A DNA stretch of 63,861 nucleotides, counting the filler, from Platydemus manokwari (lineage: Eukaryota): NCBI GenBank assembly GCA_037951405.1. It is 5 parts of 5 records of this genome, joined end to end, with 100 filler letters (N's around TTAATTAATTAA, not from the genome) between each part and the next. Parts side by side here need not be neighbours in the genome. Positions count along the whole stretch, not along the records: positions 1 to 11,821 come from JBBMOY010451111.1; positions 11,922 to 25,119 come from JBBMOY011801393.1; 3 more parts are not named here. One strand, written 5' to 3'. Below the pieces are notes generated by a model. It saw only the letters and a program-made list of their open reading frames with translations. It had not been told where the DNA came from and made no database searches. Position numbers and translations under genes: made by a program. The stretch's first letter is position 1. Each line of letters starts with the position of its first letter. Below, piece by piece: positions 1-13,199 of this stretch.

Positions 1-1114
1 CTTGCATTGACAATAAATCCGATAAATGTATTTTTTAAAATAAATCTTTACCTTTGAACAAAATGGCATATTGGATCAGAAAAATCTTCAATAGAAAAAT
101 CAATATACAAATCAAATCTTGATTATTTGTCTCCTCTTCTATTTTTCATTGGCAACTCCAACAAAAAGACAATGCTTGATATTGATTTATTTTTATTCGA
201 TTATCCAGCTTGTTGATTATTGATAATCAAATATTCAATGAGATTGACTTCATTGATTTCGATAACAATCGGTGGCAAGTTTTTTTTGCGGAGAAAATCA
301 ATAAAATTATTTTCCAAAAAAATAAAACCAAAAATCTATTTTTAGAAATCAATATGATCGATTCCCAAATAATAATTATTTTATTAGAATTTGGGAAGAG
401 CGTGATAAATATATTTATTTCATTATTTATATTTCCTTATTGATCGTCAGTCAGACAAATTAATCAATATATTTTTCAATTTAATATCTAATATTGTAAA
501 TGACATTGATTTATAAATACATCTATTGCTTCAATCACCATTATTGGACAAATCAATAAATTATCATTTCTACAAATCGATAAAATTATTTTTCTAAAAT
601 AATCCATTTGAATCAAAGCAAAAAATCCTTTCCGGAAATCAATATTTATTTATTTTTCTTCCAAAAATAATTATCTAAAATCAATCACAATATTTATTGG
701 TAAATATATATGTCATTTGTTGAATTATATTTATTTATTAATGAATGGCAAAAATAACGTGATCGCCGAAGTAAGATTGATTGGGTGAATAAATAACAAG
801 AAATGGAAATTTCTCTTTTTTCCTTGTATTTGGATTGGTTGGACTGATTCTCAATCAATAAACTCTTTAGACAAAGTTTTGCAAAATATTATTTTTTGTG
901 GTTTAATGCGTTTTTCCGTGGAATCAAAAGATCAAAACAATTCCAATATTGATTTCTTGTACGGGGAAAATATGAATGAATATCTCGTTGCAAAAAAAAA
1001 CAGAATTCATTGAAAATATCATAATCGTTGAAGTACTTGTTCAATGATTGTCGACACCAAACGACAATGTTTTCGTAGATTGGAAACTTGATTTTTTCTT
1101 GCTTATTTTTCAAC

Positions 1115-1408
1115 TTATTATTATTGATTATTATTATAATTATTATTATTGACTATTATTATTATCATTATTATTATTGATTATTATTATTATTATTATC
1201 ACTATTATTATTTATTAATATTATCATTGATTATTATTATCATTATTATTGATTATTATTATCATTATTATTGATTATTATTATCATTATTATTATTTAT
1301 TATTATCACTATTATTATTATTTATTATTATTATTATTGTTATTATTTTTTATTATAATAATTATCAATATTATTATTTTTGATTATTATTATTGATTTT
1401 TATTATCA
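1115..1408. repeat. Imperfect (ATT)n microsatellite, ~290 bp
   Basis: Long ATT/TTA run with scattered ATC/TTG interruptions, read directly. Confidence 0.95.
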
Positions 1409-3248
1409 CTGTATTTAAACAAAATAACAAGCGAAATTCAACTTTATTTATGTAACAATATCTATTTTTTATTTATTGTGATTTGTTATTGATAAATTTT
1501 TCCATATCCACTTCTCATGTCGATATCTTCATTATATCGGCATATATATCATACGATAGATAATCAATGATTTGCACTATATTTTTAGACATTGTTTAAT
1601 GATTGTCTGTAAAGCCTGAGAGTTTGTAAACATTGTCATTTGTTTTAGAAATGAAAAAATAAATTTTCAGTTGCTATAATAATATTTTTCTAAATCTTAA
1701 TTAATTTTTCTCGATGATGTAATAATGTGATTTTATAAAAATGTTATTGATTGGTAGATAAATTCGATGATGTTAAGAAGGGTTTCAACCACCTACTCGT
1801 TTATGGGCCAATGAGAAGAGATATTGATAGTTCTCTTGACATTTTAGTTCTGTCAGCAACCTTATGAAAAGCGGCTATTTAAATATAAGCTTAAATTCTA
1901 TTGGTTGTAACTTTTGATGAAGTTATTTCGAAATAAATTGTTAACAAAACATCATCCGATTGTCTACATTACATAAAATTCATTAATTTCATCGTCGGTT
2001 GGCGCTTTAATGTTCGTGGTTTCTAACTTGTAGTTTAAATAGTACAGAATACACTTTGGAGAAAGGTGTGATGTGCATAGTCAGTGTTAATATGGATATT
2101 TAGGATAATATAAGTGTAGGAATAATTACATAAAAATATGCGTAAATTGAGGTGATAAGAGATTCCTAGTAGAAACAAGACTTTCATTATGTTGTCTCTA
2201 AAGGTTTATTATCTTAATCTCTATCAGCAATCAATGATAGCAAATATTTTGATAGCAAAGTAAATTATATGGGTCACATTGTTTGGTAATATTATTTCGT
2301 AATCAACGGCATGTTTCAGCCCAGGAATTATGATGAATTAATGGTACAGGTCTCCGATAAAGGATGCAATCGACACGATACACATAATTATCTCACCTAT
2401 GATGCATGTCGAAAAGATTTTCTCAATAGAATTGAAAAGAAAAACTAATACAAGGAATTAAATTTTTATAACTATTGTGGCACCTTGGTGGTTTTTCACA
2501 TAAAATAATGGATCAGAAAACTGGAAAAATGAGATGTTTTTATGAGATTTGGTTTTCAGATCTTGACGCGTAAAGTGGTTCAATAAATTAAATTAGCTCG
2601 CATGTTTTTCGAAATAGATTCACAAACCGTGGCAATTTCGAAGTGCGACATTAGGCATTGGTGTGAATAAACCAGACATTTAATGGCCGATAAAAATGTG
2701 GGATATGTTTCTGATTCTCAGCGATGGTAGTAGCTGAAATGAAAGCAATAAAATGTGATAAATATATCCATGTTAAGCTCTTAAGCATTGTAAAGTTTGA
2801 TAAAAATAATAACACACATGATATGATGGGATACGTGTTGAGAATTGTTAGATTTGGTGGATTTTCTCTACTTAAGCTAATATTATGTAAGTAAAGCATT
2901 TGCAGAAAAATCCTCGAAATTAATCAATTCCTTTTTAAACTCTAGGTATATTTCTCAACTTACTTTGTGTAAATATATATTTGAAAGGTTTTTAATCTCG
3001 ATTATAAGTGAGGTTTCAAAGTACCAATCTCAAATATATTTAACCCTATGTGTGTGGAGATTATAATTTATTTTTTTCGCTGGAGAGATAAAATTCTTTC
3101 ATCAAGTTCAACTGATATTTGGTTACAACAAGCAGGTTATTTAATCAATTAATTGGCGATGGAAATCATGTGTATATATTAGACATAAATTAGATGGATC
3201 ATTGGATTGAATTATTTCCTATCTCTATGTGAACGTTTTGTGAAATAT

Positions 3249-3250
<2 letters not shown>

Positions 3251-3280
<30 letters not shown>
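3251..3280. repeat. (AT)15 microsatellite
   Basis: Perfect dinucleotide run. Confidence 0.95.
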
Positions 3281-3282
<2 letters not shown>

Positions 3283-4108
3283 AGAAAATCACAAGTGTAC
3301 TTTACTAGAAAAACATGTGTCTAAAAGTTTGTTCTCTACTGGAATTAATGTGACATGTTCAACTCCTTCACTGGAGAGGATATTAAGATATTGATCAATC
3401 CTCTAATCCAATAAGCCATTTCCAGAGATTATGAAACATCTTATCAGTGAAAAACAATATAATCCCCATGTTAAATTTACCAGGTTGGGAATTTCTGATC
3501 AGGAAAATCGTTGAGCGATTTGATAATGCACAGCAGTGATATTTGTTAGAAATATAATTTCAATGCTTGTGGATTATCGATAATTTTCTGATTAAACTGA
3601 CCTATTAAAATTCGGCGACACTGTTATTTCCGTATCAAAATTTCGTTTTTTTGTGTTGATTTTTTTGTTTTTGAGCTTGTGTCGATCACATAAACGTTTC
3701 ATTAACCAGCCTCTTCGTCGATGTGGTAAAAAAACTGTTTACAAATGCTGAAACAAAATTTATCCAACGATTATTGTAAGTTGGGAATCAATAAATCGAT
3801 TTCTCTCAGAAACTAATCGATATAATAATAATATTGATCTTACTAAAATCATCAAATCAATTATTTTGTGTATGTTTGTCGCGTCACTGTAATTGCCATA
3901 TGTCTTTTGTGGACATTATTATCATGGGCATTATTGTGAAATATTGATTATAAAGAAGCAAAAAATGAATTGGAATCGAGATCTGAAAGCTTGGTTCCAC
4001 TATTAATTGAAGAATATCTGGAAAAATTCCATAAAATATCGATTGAATGTTATTATTTCCATCAAAATTTAATTTATTATTTCATTCTCTTTGATTATAT
4101 TTTTATTG

Positions 4109-4156
<48 letters not shown>
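4109..4156. repeat. (ATT)n microsatellite
   Basis: Perfect trinucleotide run; explains the poly-Tyr tail of ORF 3970..4158. Confidence 0.95.
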
Positions 4157-4160
<4 letters not shown>

Positions 4161-4470
4161 ATTATTATTAGCAATAAATTATAAGAATCTAAAATCAATA
4201 TTGTGTATTGGGTGGGTTAATGAAAAATATTTCAATATCAATTTTATAAAATGTGAATCCACCAAATGGACCACTTCTTGATCAACTGATATCGTTAATT
4301 AGGTCATGCAATTAAAAATTTTCATGAAAATATTATCGCTTTTCTTGATTTGTATTAATCAATATTTCTTGATTGATTTTATTTTCAATCTGATTTGTTC
4401 GTATTAATAAAATATATATTATATTTATTGATTTGTTATTGAATAAATCAATATTTTTTTCCCATTGTAG

Positions 4471-4546
4471 TATCAAATGGGGATTTGTTTAACCACCAAT
4501 CAATGCTGAACTCGGAATCCGATGATTGCAACAGTGAATCTGACGA
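4471..4546 (+). CDS. Probable internal exon of an unidentified gene (SNGDLFNHQSMLNSESDDCNSESD)
   Basis: Acceptor tttttttcccattgtag and donor GA|gtaagt; open frame ending in phase 2, which fits the phase-2 start of the 9294 exon. Confidence 0.45.
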
Positions 4547-7500
4547 GTAAGTTTTACGAGATTGTGTAATAATTATTGGAAACAAAAATTTTTAATCGAT
4601 ACATAAAAAAGTAAATGGAAAATTATCAAAATGATTTTTTCTGTTTTTTTTTAAAGTCTAAAAATATGAATATAAACTGCTGTGTATGAAACACAGGGTT
4701 GAATTAAATTTAGAAATCTCAATCTCCATATAGACAGTCACTAATATCACAAAGAAACATTATCACATGATTTGCTTGCAAAATTCAGCTTTCACTCACA
4801 CCGTAAATACATTCCTCAAAACAAAATTGCCTTTGTTTCACTCTATCTCACCAGACTGCTGCTGCTCCTGCTCCTGCTAAATGGCTTGATTTCCTCGCTA
4901 GTTGCTTTTAGAAATTATCGTTTGTATAAAACTACATATATCAGGTCGTTTCATTTATTTTTCTGTTTGACTCAAATGGAAAGTGGTGACCTCCGATTTC
5001 CTGTAAATCGTAATCGATGATTGAACACATATAATGGCATTGAAATTGTGAATGATAATTGATTTTATCAGTTCGCGTTGATTAAGTCGAGTTCAAAGTA
5101 TAAAGTAAGAAATGGTTATGTCGAGACACTTGTTTTTCGTAGTTGTTATGGATTGAATATGTTGTAAAGTACTTCGATCGAATCTCCGAATCGATCGACC
5201 GGTTTTAATTTAATGCTCTTTTCATTCTCCAAATTCAAAGTGCATTACATCTGTCTCTTACGAAATCAATTTGACAGATTTAAGATATAAAATATATCAA
5301 TATACACAAGAATCGAAGGGAAATCACTTGCACTATGATGTGTGAACCTCCGACTCGCATATTGCTACACAACTACAGAGACAATTCCTTTTTTTCCTCT
5401 ACAAAATATATCCAGTGCGTCCATCAAAATATTCATCTGTAATAAAACAAATGACGAAAGGAAGCACACGTGCTCTCTTTCTGCATGTCGATATGTGAAG
5501 AAAATTCAATGCCCATTGGTTGAGTTGTCAATAAACATTATCGTCCCGATGAGAAAATATATCTCTTAATTAATCTCAAATATTTTCTCCATATATTAAG
5601 TTTGAAGATTATTTTGTTTTATTAGAGAGTATTTTTTTTTCCCATTTCATGTGAGATCGGGTTGTATCGGGTGGGTGTCGATTTTGAAAATGTATTTCGG
5701 GAGATAGATATGGGGAATAATGAAATGTTACAGCGTCATTTGATTTCAGTTTGTGTGTGTGCTTTCATTTTTTCTTTCATTCGTTTCTCTTAATTTGGTC
5801 GTCTGGTTTACAGTAGGTGGGGGTTTACAATGTGATTAGTTTTATTGTTATTTATTGATGCTTATCTCTTACAACTTCATCAATAATGCACTGTTGTCAT
5901 TTCTTTTTCTCAAATGGCTTTCATATTATATACACATAAACGTGTAATATGTGTCTAATTTATGTAATTATTTTTATTTGGTTTGAAATTATCGGGAAAT
6001 TTATTGATTTAATAATTGAGTCTGTGTGATGATTTGGATGATTTTTTTATTGTTTCGATTTAGATTTACCATGTATTTGATTCGAAATCTGTTAATCGAT
6101 ATATTTTATCGATAAAAATGTGAGTAAATGGTGAGGATGAAATTAAACGATTGATGGGATTTAACAAATCAATATATCGATTATTATTAAACCATTTGTG
6201 TTATTGAAAATTTATTTAATCAAAAAATATTGTAAAATAAGTCGCGTAGTTTTTAACGTGTTCTATATTTATCTGATATCGATGTCGATTTTTAACAGGC
6301 TCATCAATAAATTATATATATATATATATTGAATGGTTGGAGTATTTGATTTTAATGATATTCATTTGGCTTAGTCATGATTTCACGATATTCTAAATAA
6401 GAATCATCGTGTGAATAATCATTAAAGGTAAGATCACAGCCATTAAGATAGAATAACAGAATATTTTTGGAATTTTCATTTATCCGTGTTGTATTGATTT
6501 ACATGTAAAGGTAGGTGCAGTACTCCATTGGAAGTTGATATTATCGATTATTATTTCTATTAATAGATTTATCGTATTAATAATTCAGATAAAAATGAAA
6601 TAATAATCGATATAATTAACTGCTTGATGATGACAACATCATCACTGTGATAATATGTTATAACAATATTGATCTTAAAGACCGTAAAAAGTTTCTTGAT
6701 TCTTAAGATGAAATTTATTTTTTAACTCAAGGAATTTAGGCTTCGTAAAGCACTCTTTCGGTCATCTAAGAGTGTAGCAAAAACCAAAGTAGAATATAAA
6801 TAAAATTAAATGTAGTCTTTTATCTTTATTTTGTGCGATTAATTTAATGGAAACGGTTCTGTTATATAAACCCTATTTATGATCTAATAAAAATTACTAT
6901 CACTATCGATTAATTATTCAAAAAAATTTGAGAGAATATTCTTTTTTTTCACAAAATCAAATTTTAAAACGATATAAGTCATATTGTACGTTATTCCATA
7001 ATTCCGATATTCGTTCTGTCCAGTTATATAGGCTTGCGCACAGATAATTTATCAAGGATAAAATTATAAACTTTGGTGTCATTTTGGAAAATGATCTTTT
7101 CAGTGAGAAAACTTCATGTCGAGGGATAAAAAGCTTTTCGCTTTAAAAATCATTTTATGATAGGAATTAAATAGATTCAGAATATGATCTTAAAATAAAT
7201 ATAAAACCACAACAATTTGACGCCAATAAAACCACCTGCTTCATGATTGGGGAACATGTTAAGTTGACAATTTTTGACATTCTTTCAATAAATGACCGCG
7301 CCCCTGTAATTATATCATTGTATTGCATAGTCAATGTAATCGACACATTCTATAAAAATAATCCATAATTGAACCCCTCTTCATTTTGACATCTGAACTC
7401 AATGAGGTCATGGTTTATTATCATCTGGTCTATTTCCTTTGATTTAATCGATATCGATCGAACACTTCTTTCTGTCGAACGCTCTGAACTCGTAACCAGT

Positions 7501-9293
7501 TCGAAACGAACAGATCGACGTTTCAAAAGTTGTTTTTTCTTGCCGATTCTTTCGAAATGAAAAAAGATATTTCTTCGAATTTTTCACCTTATCAATAACA
7601 GCAGAATCACGCAGGTTAAGATTGATGGCTGTGAAATTCTTCTTCGACCTAAAATATTGCTTTCAAAATTTATTTTTCCATCTTGATATCGATCAATAAT
7701 CAATATCGTTGTAATCTAAAATACGGATCGTTCTCCCGGTGACAATGTTTTCAAGAGTGCAAGCAAATACAAAAAAAATAAAGGGAAGGAGGTGGTAAAG
7801 AAAAATTGGTTTTTGAATTTGAATTTTTTATATTTTAGTTTTTTACACATGTAAACTGAGTGTAATAAAACACAGACCTATTAATAGTTTAATACTAACG
7901 CCGTTATATCTACATACGAATAGTGGTTTTTGATATGTACCGCTGTCTACCTGTATTTTGTGATATTTTTTAATTATTGCTCCATGTCTGGTAATCGATT
8001 TTTTTCACTTGATTAAAACACAATTTTGAACTCAGATCATCACGTTCATTCGCAATTGATATCACAGTTATTTTAACAGTTTTATCACGTTTGCGACCAT
8101 GCATCGATCTACTACGTTATTTATCAAATCCTGTCTGAAAATTGAACCCATAATTCATCGTGACCAATGTTACGTAATATAGTAGAACTTACGTCAAGGA
8201 AAATCAATTACAAAACATTTCTTATCTTTTTGATATTTGGTTGGTGGAGTTCTGAATTGAATTTTTCTGGATTTATGTATTTTAAATATAATATTTTTAT
8301 GGATAACTCATTAACAGGATCTTATTGCAATTGACATCGGATTAAACTATATATTGTTACTGTTTTATCTCCCCTGTTAGCCTTGACTGATATCCTCATA
8401 ATATTGAGAAATTCAATACTTTTATAGACTGTTGAAATATTACGCCGATTGGATTATTATTGTTGTTAAGTTTTCTTTCATTTGTTTTGATGACGTAAAT
8501 TGATCTACTTAAATGAACTTTATAGTAGACTGCACGAGCAGCAAGTTATTAGTCGAGAAATATTTGTTGCTATGTGGAACAAAAAGCAACTTCATTAATC
8601 TTATCATGACCAAGCCAATAGCTCGTATTTATTTCTGTCCCAGTTCCCATTAAGTTGCCTGAATATATATATATTCGCTGAGAGATTTATTAAGCTTTGA
8701 CAAAGTTAATGGATTTTCTTTTTCGTTATTTCAACCGCCCTACAGTGTACATATAGAGCATCTTCTTAATCCACGTTGCCATTGCTTTGTCTGTGGAAAA
8801 GAAATTTCATAGTTCCATTGATCATTGTCTTTGTCGAGACATAATGATGATAATTATTAGATTGGACTGGAACATATAGAGGGATAAGATCTAGTGAATT
8901 GTAACACGTTTATATGGCTTTGTGTTAAAAAAGAAACTGAGATAAGAGTTCATCTTTAAGTGTATATGAATAAATATTGGACTTAAAATCACGTTCACAA
9001 ATCAATATGTTATGATATGAGAATAATGAACGATTGTTTATTGGAATATTTGCTTATAATAATCATTAATCCGTGACTGATAATAATGTGGTTAAGATAG
9101 ATATTATGAATGGTAATGTAAACAGACACTTATTATTTCGATTGTATTGATCAGGCTTGAAGCATTAACTTTGATAGATTGCTACCATCAATTATATATA
9201 TATATATATATATAATTTCACTTTATTTGTATGTTAATATCTCAATCTCCCATCAATCCAATCATTAATTCGTGTTTTCTTTTCCATTTACAG

Positions 9294-10277
9294 TTACAAT
9301 GTTCATTTTAATCCGAAACCCAGTCAAGATTTTGGTTTGGGTTACTGGATGAAACACACCAACCATCACCTTTATGAATCACAGCTACCACATTCAAAAT
9401 CCCCCAACTATCCAGCATTTATTCCCAAATCTAATCCGCACAACAACAACAACACCACCAGCAATAAACGAGTCAATCGATCAGATGCACTACGATCCAG
9501 TGAAAGTAGTGAGAAATCCAAAAAGTCCACGCATAATTCGAAGGTGAAAAAAGCCAAGGAGAAAAAATCGACAATCTCCAAATCCAATTCCAGCAAATCT
9601 GATTACAACATACCAAGATTAAAAATACCGAAGGATATTGTAAAGAAATACCTGAAAACCTTATCTCCATTGTCGTCATCATCTTCGTCATCCTCAGATT
9701 CAGAATCGTCACATAGTCAGAACATCAATCATAAAATCGATAAGACTAAACGCAAATTAAAACATACCAACCAATCAAAACCGATCAACAATTTATCAGA
9801 TTCGCCTTTATCAGATCAAAATGATTCCAGCTGCCTTCAAAAGTCTTTCCTTAGTTCCGATTATTCCAAATCACAATCACATTATCTTCTATCGGTTGCT
9901 AGTCACGACATCATGCATCTTTCCATGACGATAGATCAATCGATTTTCGATGTTTCCAGTCTTCCTGTGATAACAAATGGTAACAACAAGCGCGATTCGA
10001 AAACAATCACAGATTCTCTTCACTTGGAATTGGCTGAAAACAATTCGTCCAATATCAATATCAATATCATTTCCGATAACAAATCTGAACCGCACATCGA
10101 AAACAACGACACAACAATCATCATCAGTAGCAACGATAATAATAATATCGACAACAATCATCATTCGAATGAATTATTATTGGATGAAGATAAAATTAGT
10201 CTTTCAACACACTGTGATAATCAACAATTGGAAAGAAGCACAAACAATAATATCGTTGAACAGGAAAATGATTTCGA
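9294..10277 (+). CDS. Large 984-nt internal exon encoding Ser/Asn/Lys-rich, probably disordered protein (unidentified)
   Basis: Strong acceptor ttttcttttccatttacag, about 328 open codons (contains ORF 9337..10281), donor GA|gtaagt; phase 2-2; no recognisable domain. Confidence 0.7.
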
Positions 10278-11821
10278 GTAAGTGAATATTTGCAGACAGA
10301 ATATTTATATCGAATAATGGTTCTTGTGGGTGAAAATGGATATTTTTATCATCCCATAATTGCAGGTTATGTAATGGCTTATTAGTGCCTGTAATAACTT
10401 TGATCACTCTAGCTGTCATCATTATATATATTGATATTTTCTATAGAGATAATATATGTTATGTATATAAATATCCATAAAGCCGATAATATCGATAATC
10501 TATCGGATTTTTTTTAAAGGTTTGTTTCATATTATTTATCAAAAATTTACTTATCAAAACCGATTAAAGATTGCTTCTATTTCGCTCGAATATTATATAT
10601 GATATGCCATCGAATGAGTTCACGAAGGTCAAAACAATTATACTTATATATAATTCTGCAATTAAAATTGAGAGATAATACAAGCTAATTTTGAAAATAT
10701 TTTTTTGTTCAAAAAATTAAAGCTATCAACAACAGATCAAATGACACTGGTGATCTTCTTGGAATTTTATAAAACATGATTATGGCATTGAATTATTGAA
10801 TGACTATCAATGATATGATAATCGATAGAATCTTCAATGATAATGAATCGGTAACCAATGGAGAAGTCTGTGAGTTGGATTGATAATGTATTGATTGTAC
10901 AATCACTGCATTGATCTATTTTCATTGATTTATTATGAAAATATTCGATTTGAATTATAATAACTGCTTTTGACTAAAACTGAATTATTAAAAACTCCCT
11001 GACATCAATGAATGTGAAAACCCGTTATCGACCAATAAACTCATTCTTTTTATATTATTGGTTCTATTAAATCGCGATTCATTCGTATTTCACTCTCTAT
11101 ATTCTTATTTATTCGTTGAACATAAATCAATAATCGACTATTTATAGAAAAATCAACTACCAAAATTTTCAAACGGTATTCCTCGGAATTTTTAATGATC
11201 TTCTAGAAAGGAAAATTTAAGGATAACAACATGGTTGAGTTTTCAATATGTTTTGTATTATATTTCGACCTTGAAATGTACTTTCTTTCCGAATTGATTC
11301 GTGATTTTAGAATTCATTTTCAATAGATCTATTATTAGAATCAGATTGTGTTCTTTCAATTATAATTAAGAATGAAAACATTTTTCTCTCGTTACAATTC
11401 AATATTGCACACTTCGTGCTGTTGCTTATTATGCAGTTTAGGTTTGTGGTTATTTTTTGCCTTTATAGAATCAGCCACGCATATAATATAAGCATGCTCT
11501 TTATATCTATGTTTTGTATGTTACTAGTTGAGTCTTGTATGGCGTGGTCATTCCTTCAATAAATAGGCTCCAGTGATACAAAACCAATATATCTATAATA
11601 AGAACTAATGCGCGTAGTTTATGTTTTTTCATGCTCTCACATCATTTGAATCTTGATAACAATGTATTGAAACGATTTGAAAGAGGAATCTTCCGTGATT
11701 TAATTTTAATAATCTTTATTTTGATAAAAGTCAACATTTTTTTTGAAAAGAAAATCCAATGATTTCTGAAATTAAATAAATAGCAAATATCGATTTATTG
11801 GTTAAATTCAAATTTGAATCC

Positions 11822-11921
11822 NNNNNNNNNNNNNNNNNNNNNNNNNNNNNNNNNNNNNNNNNNNNTTAATTAATTAANNNNNNNNNNNNNNNNNNNNNNN
11901 NNNNNNNNNNNNNNNNNNNNN
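11822..11921. other. Assembly gap spacer N44-TTAATTAATTAA-N44
   Basis: Identical 100-nt construct with an all-frame stop linker at four places. Confidence 0.99.
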
Positions 11922-11989
11922 TTAACACTTGATGTTTTTTGTTTAAAAAATATATTAGTGAATATTTTTCTACTTCAAATAAAAAATTA

Positions 11990-13067
11990 GGCTTAAGTAA
12001 AAAAGGTTTCTTGACCTACTTTCGATATAATGAATTTTCGTGCATGAGATAATTTTATAACTTAATTTTACATATAATTGGGGTGTTTGATTTATTCGTA
12101 TCATTCAGTTAATATCTCACTTTTAAAGATATTTTATAGTGACAAAACATTGTTTTAAAACCAAGTTCCTTTCTAATCACAACACTTCTATATGATTATT
12201 TGAGTTTTTAAATTTAAATTTTTATAAATATAAATCGAGTTGGTTAATTACAGATATGTTTAATAATATCATTGTTTATTTTTATAAAATAATTGTACAA
12301 ATTGATAATATCTCTCAATTTGATTCTAATATTAAAAAAGGAGTCCTCACTAATTTTCAATAAATTGGCATTCGACATACTTTTTTCATTTTTTCAAATA
12401 ATCAAATTTTAGGAGATTTTTAAGCTCTAGTCTATTTAATATTTAATTTCAAACAACTAAAATTCTTCTTAAGTACTTCAATAAAAAATTCTAAATGTTT
12501 TTAAAGAATATGATTAAATAAAGTATATAGAATTTTGAAATATACTCAACAAATTTAAAATTTCATTTTAGGATCCTTTTTAACTTTTATGTTTAATTTA
12601 TTCATATAGTTTAGTTCAGGGGTGGCCAACCGGTCGATCTTGAAGCCAAATTTAGTCTATCGCGTGAGATGTTATTCAAATGATCTTACGTACACAAAAT
12701 TTGGCCACCTCTGGTTTAGTTAATATCTCACATTTTAGGATGTCGAAAAGGGACAAAACATATTTTTTAAACAATTCTAAATAATTTTTTGATTTTGGAA
12801 ATTTAAAATTATTTAATTATAAATGAACCTAGGAAACTCATGACATGTTCAATGGTTTAGTATCACTTGTTTTTATCAAATAATTGTAAATTTTTTAATT
12901 ATTTCAAATGACTGAAAATTTTCTCAAGCACTTAAATAAAAAATTCAAAATTTTTTTAAAGAATAAGCTAAAGTTTAAAAAACTAAACTATATGAATAAA
13001 TTAAACATTGTAAATATACATAAAAATAAGTTATAAAATTACCAGACCCCAATTCTTAACTTAAGCC
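11990..13067. mobile_element. Non-autonomous DNA element with GGCTTAAGT... terminal inverted repeats
   Basis: ta|GGCTTAAGTAAAAA at the left end and TTCTTAACTTAAGCC|ta at the right; the left ~590 bp recurs inverted at ~59612-60205. Confidence 0.65.
12617..12713. mobile_element. 97-bp hAT (Charlie/Buster-type) MITE
   Basis: TIRs CAGGGGTGGCCAA / TTGGCCACCTCTG; perfect 8-bp target-site duplication GTTTAGTT (12609-12616 and 12714-12721) with central TA. Confidence 0.9.
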
Positions 13068-13199
13068 TAATTCCATACATTCTATAATTCTAACAATTAT
13101 TATAAACTTAAGAATTCTTAAACCTGATGTTGTAATCCTCATATGATAATTATTATTATTATTGTTTATCATTATTATGATATGCTTATAATATTTTAG

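Noticed and set aside
210-5569. Short ORFs in contig 1 (210, 889, 2651, 3970, 5342)
   Set aside because: AT-driven I/F/N/Y-rich composition, microsatellite origin, non-ATG starts, no recognisable motifs.
7350-7850. Possible antisense nested gene containing RRSVRF (PP1-docking-like)
   Set aside because: Needs assumed introns, has no in-frame start and no recognisable homology.
9408-10422. Overlapping antisense and alternate-frame ORFs on the large exon
   Set aside because: Shadow ORFs of a low-complexity coding exon.
11866-11877. TTAATTAATTAA palindrome recurring four times
   Set aside because: Always centred in N44/N44; an assembly linker with stops in all frames. Adjacency across these gaps is therefore unproven.
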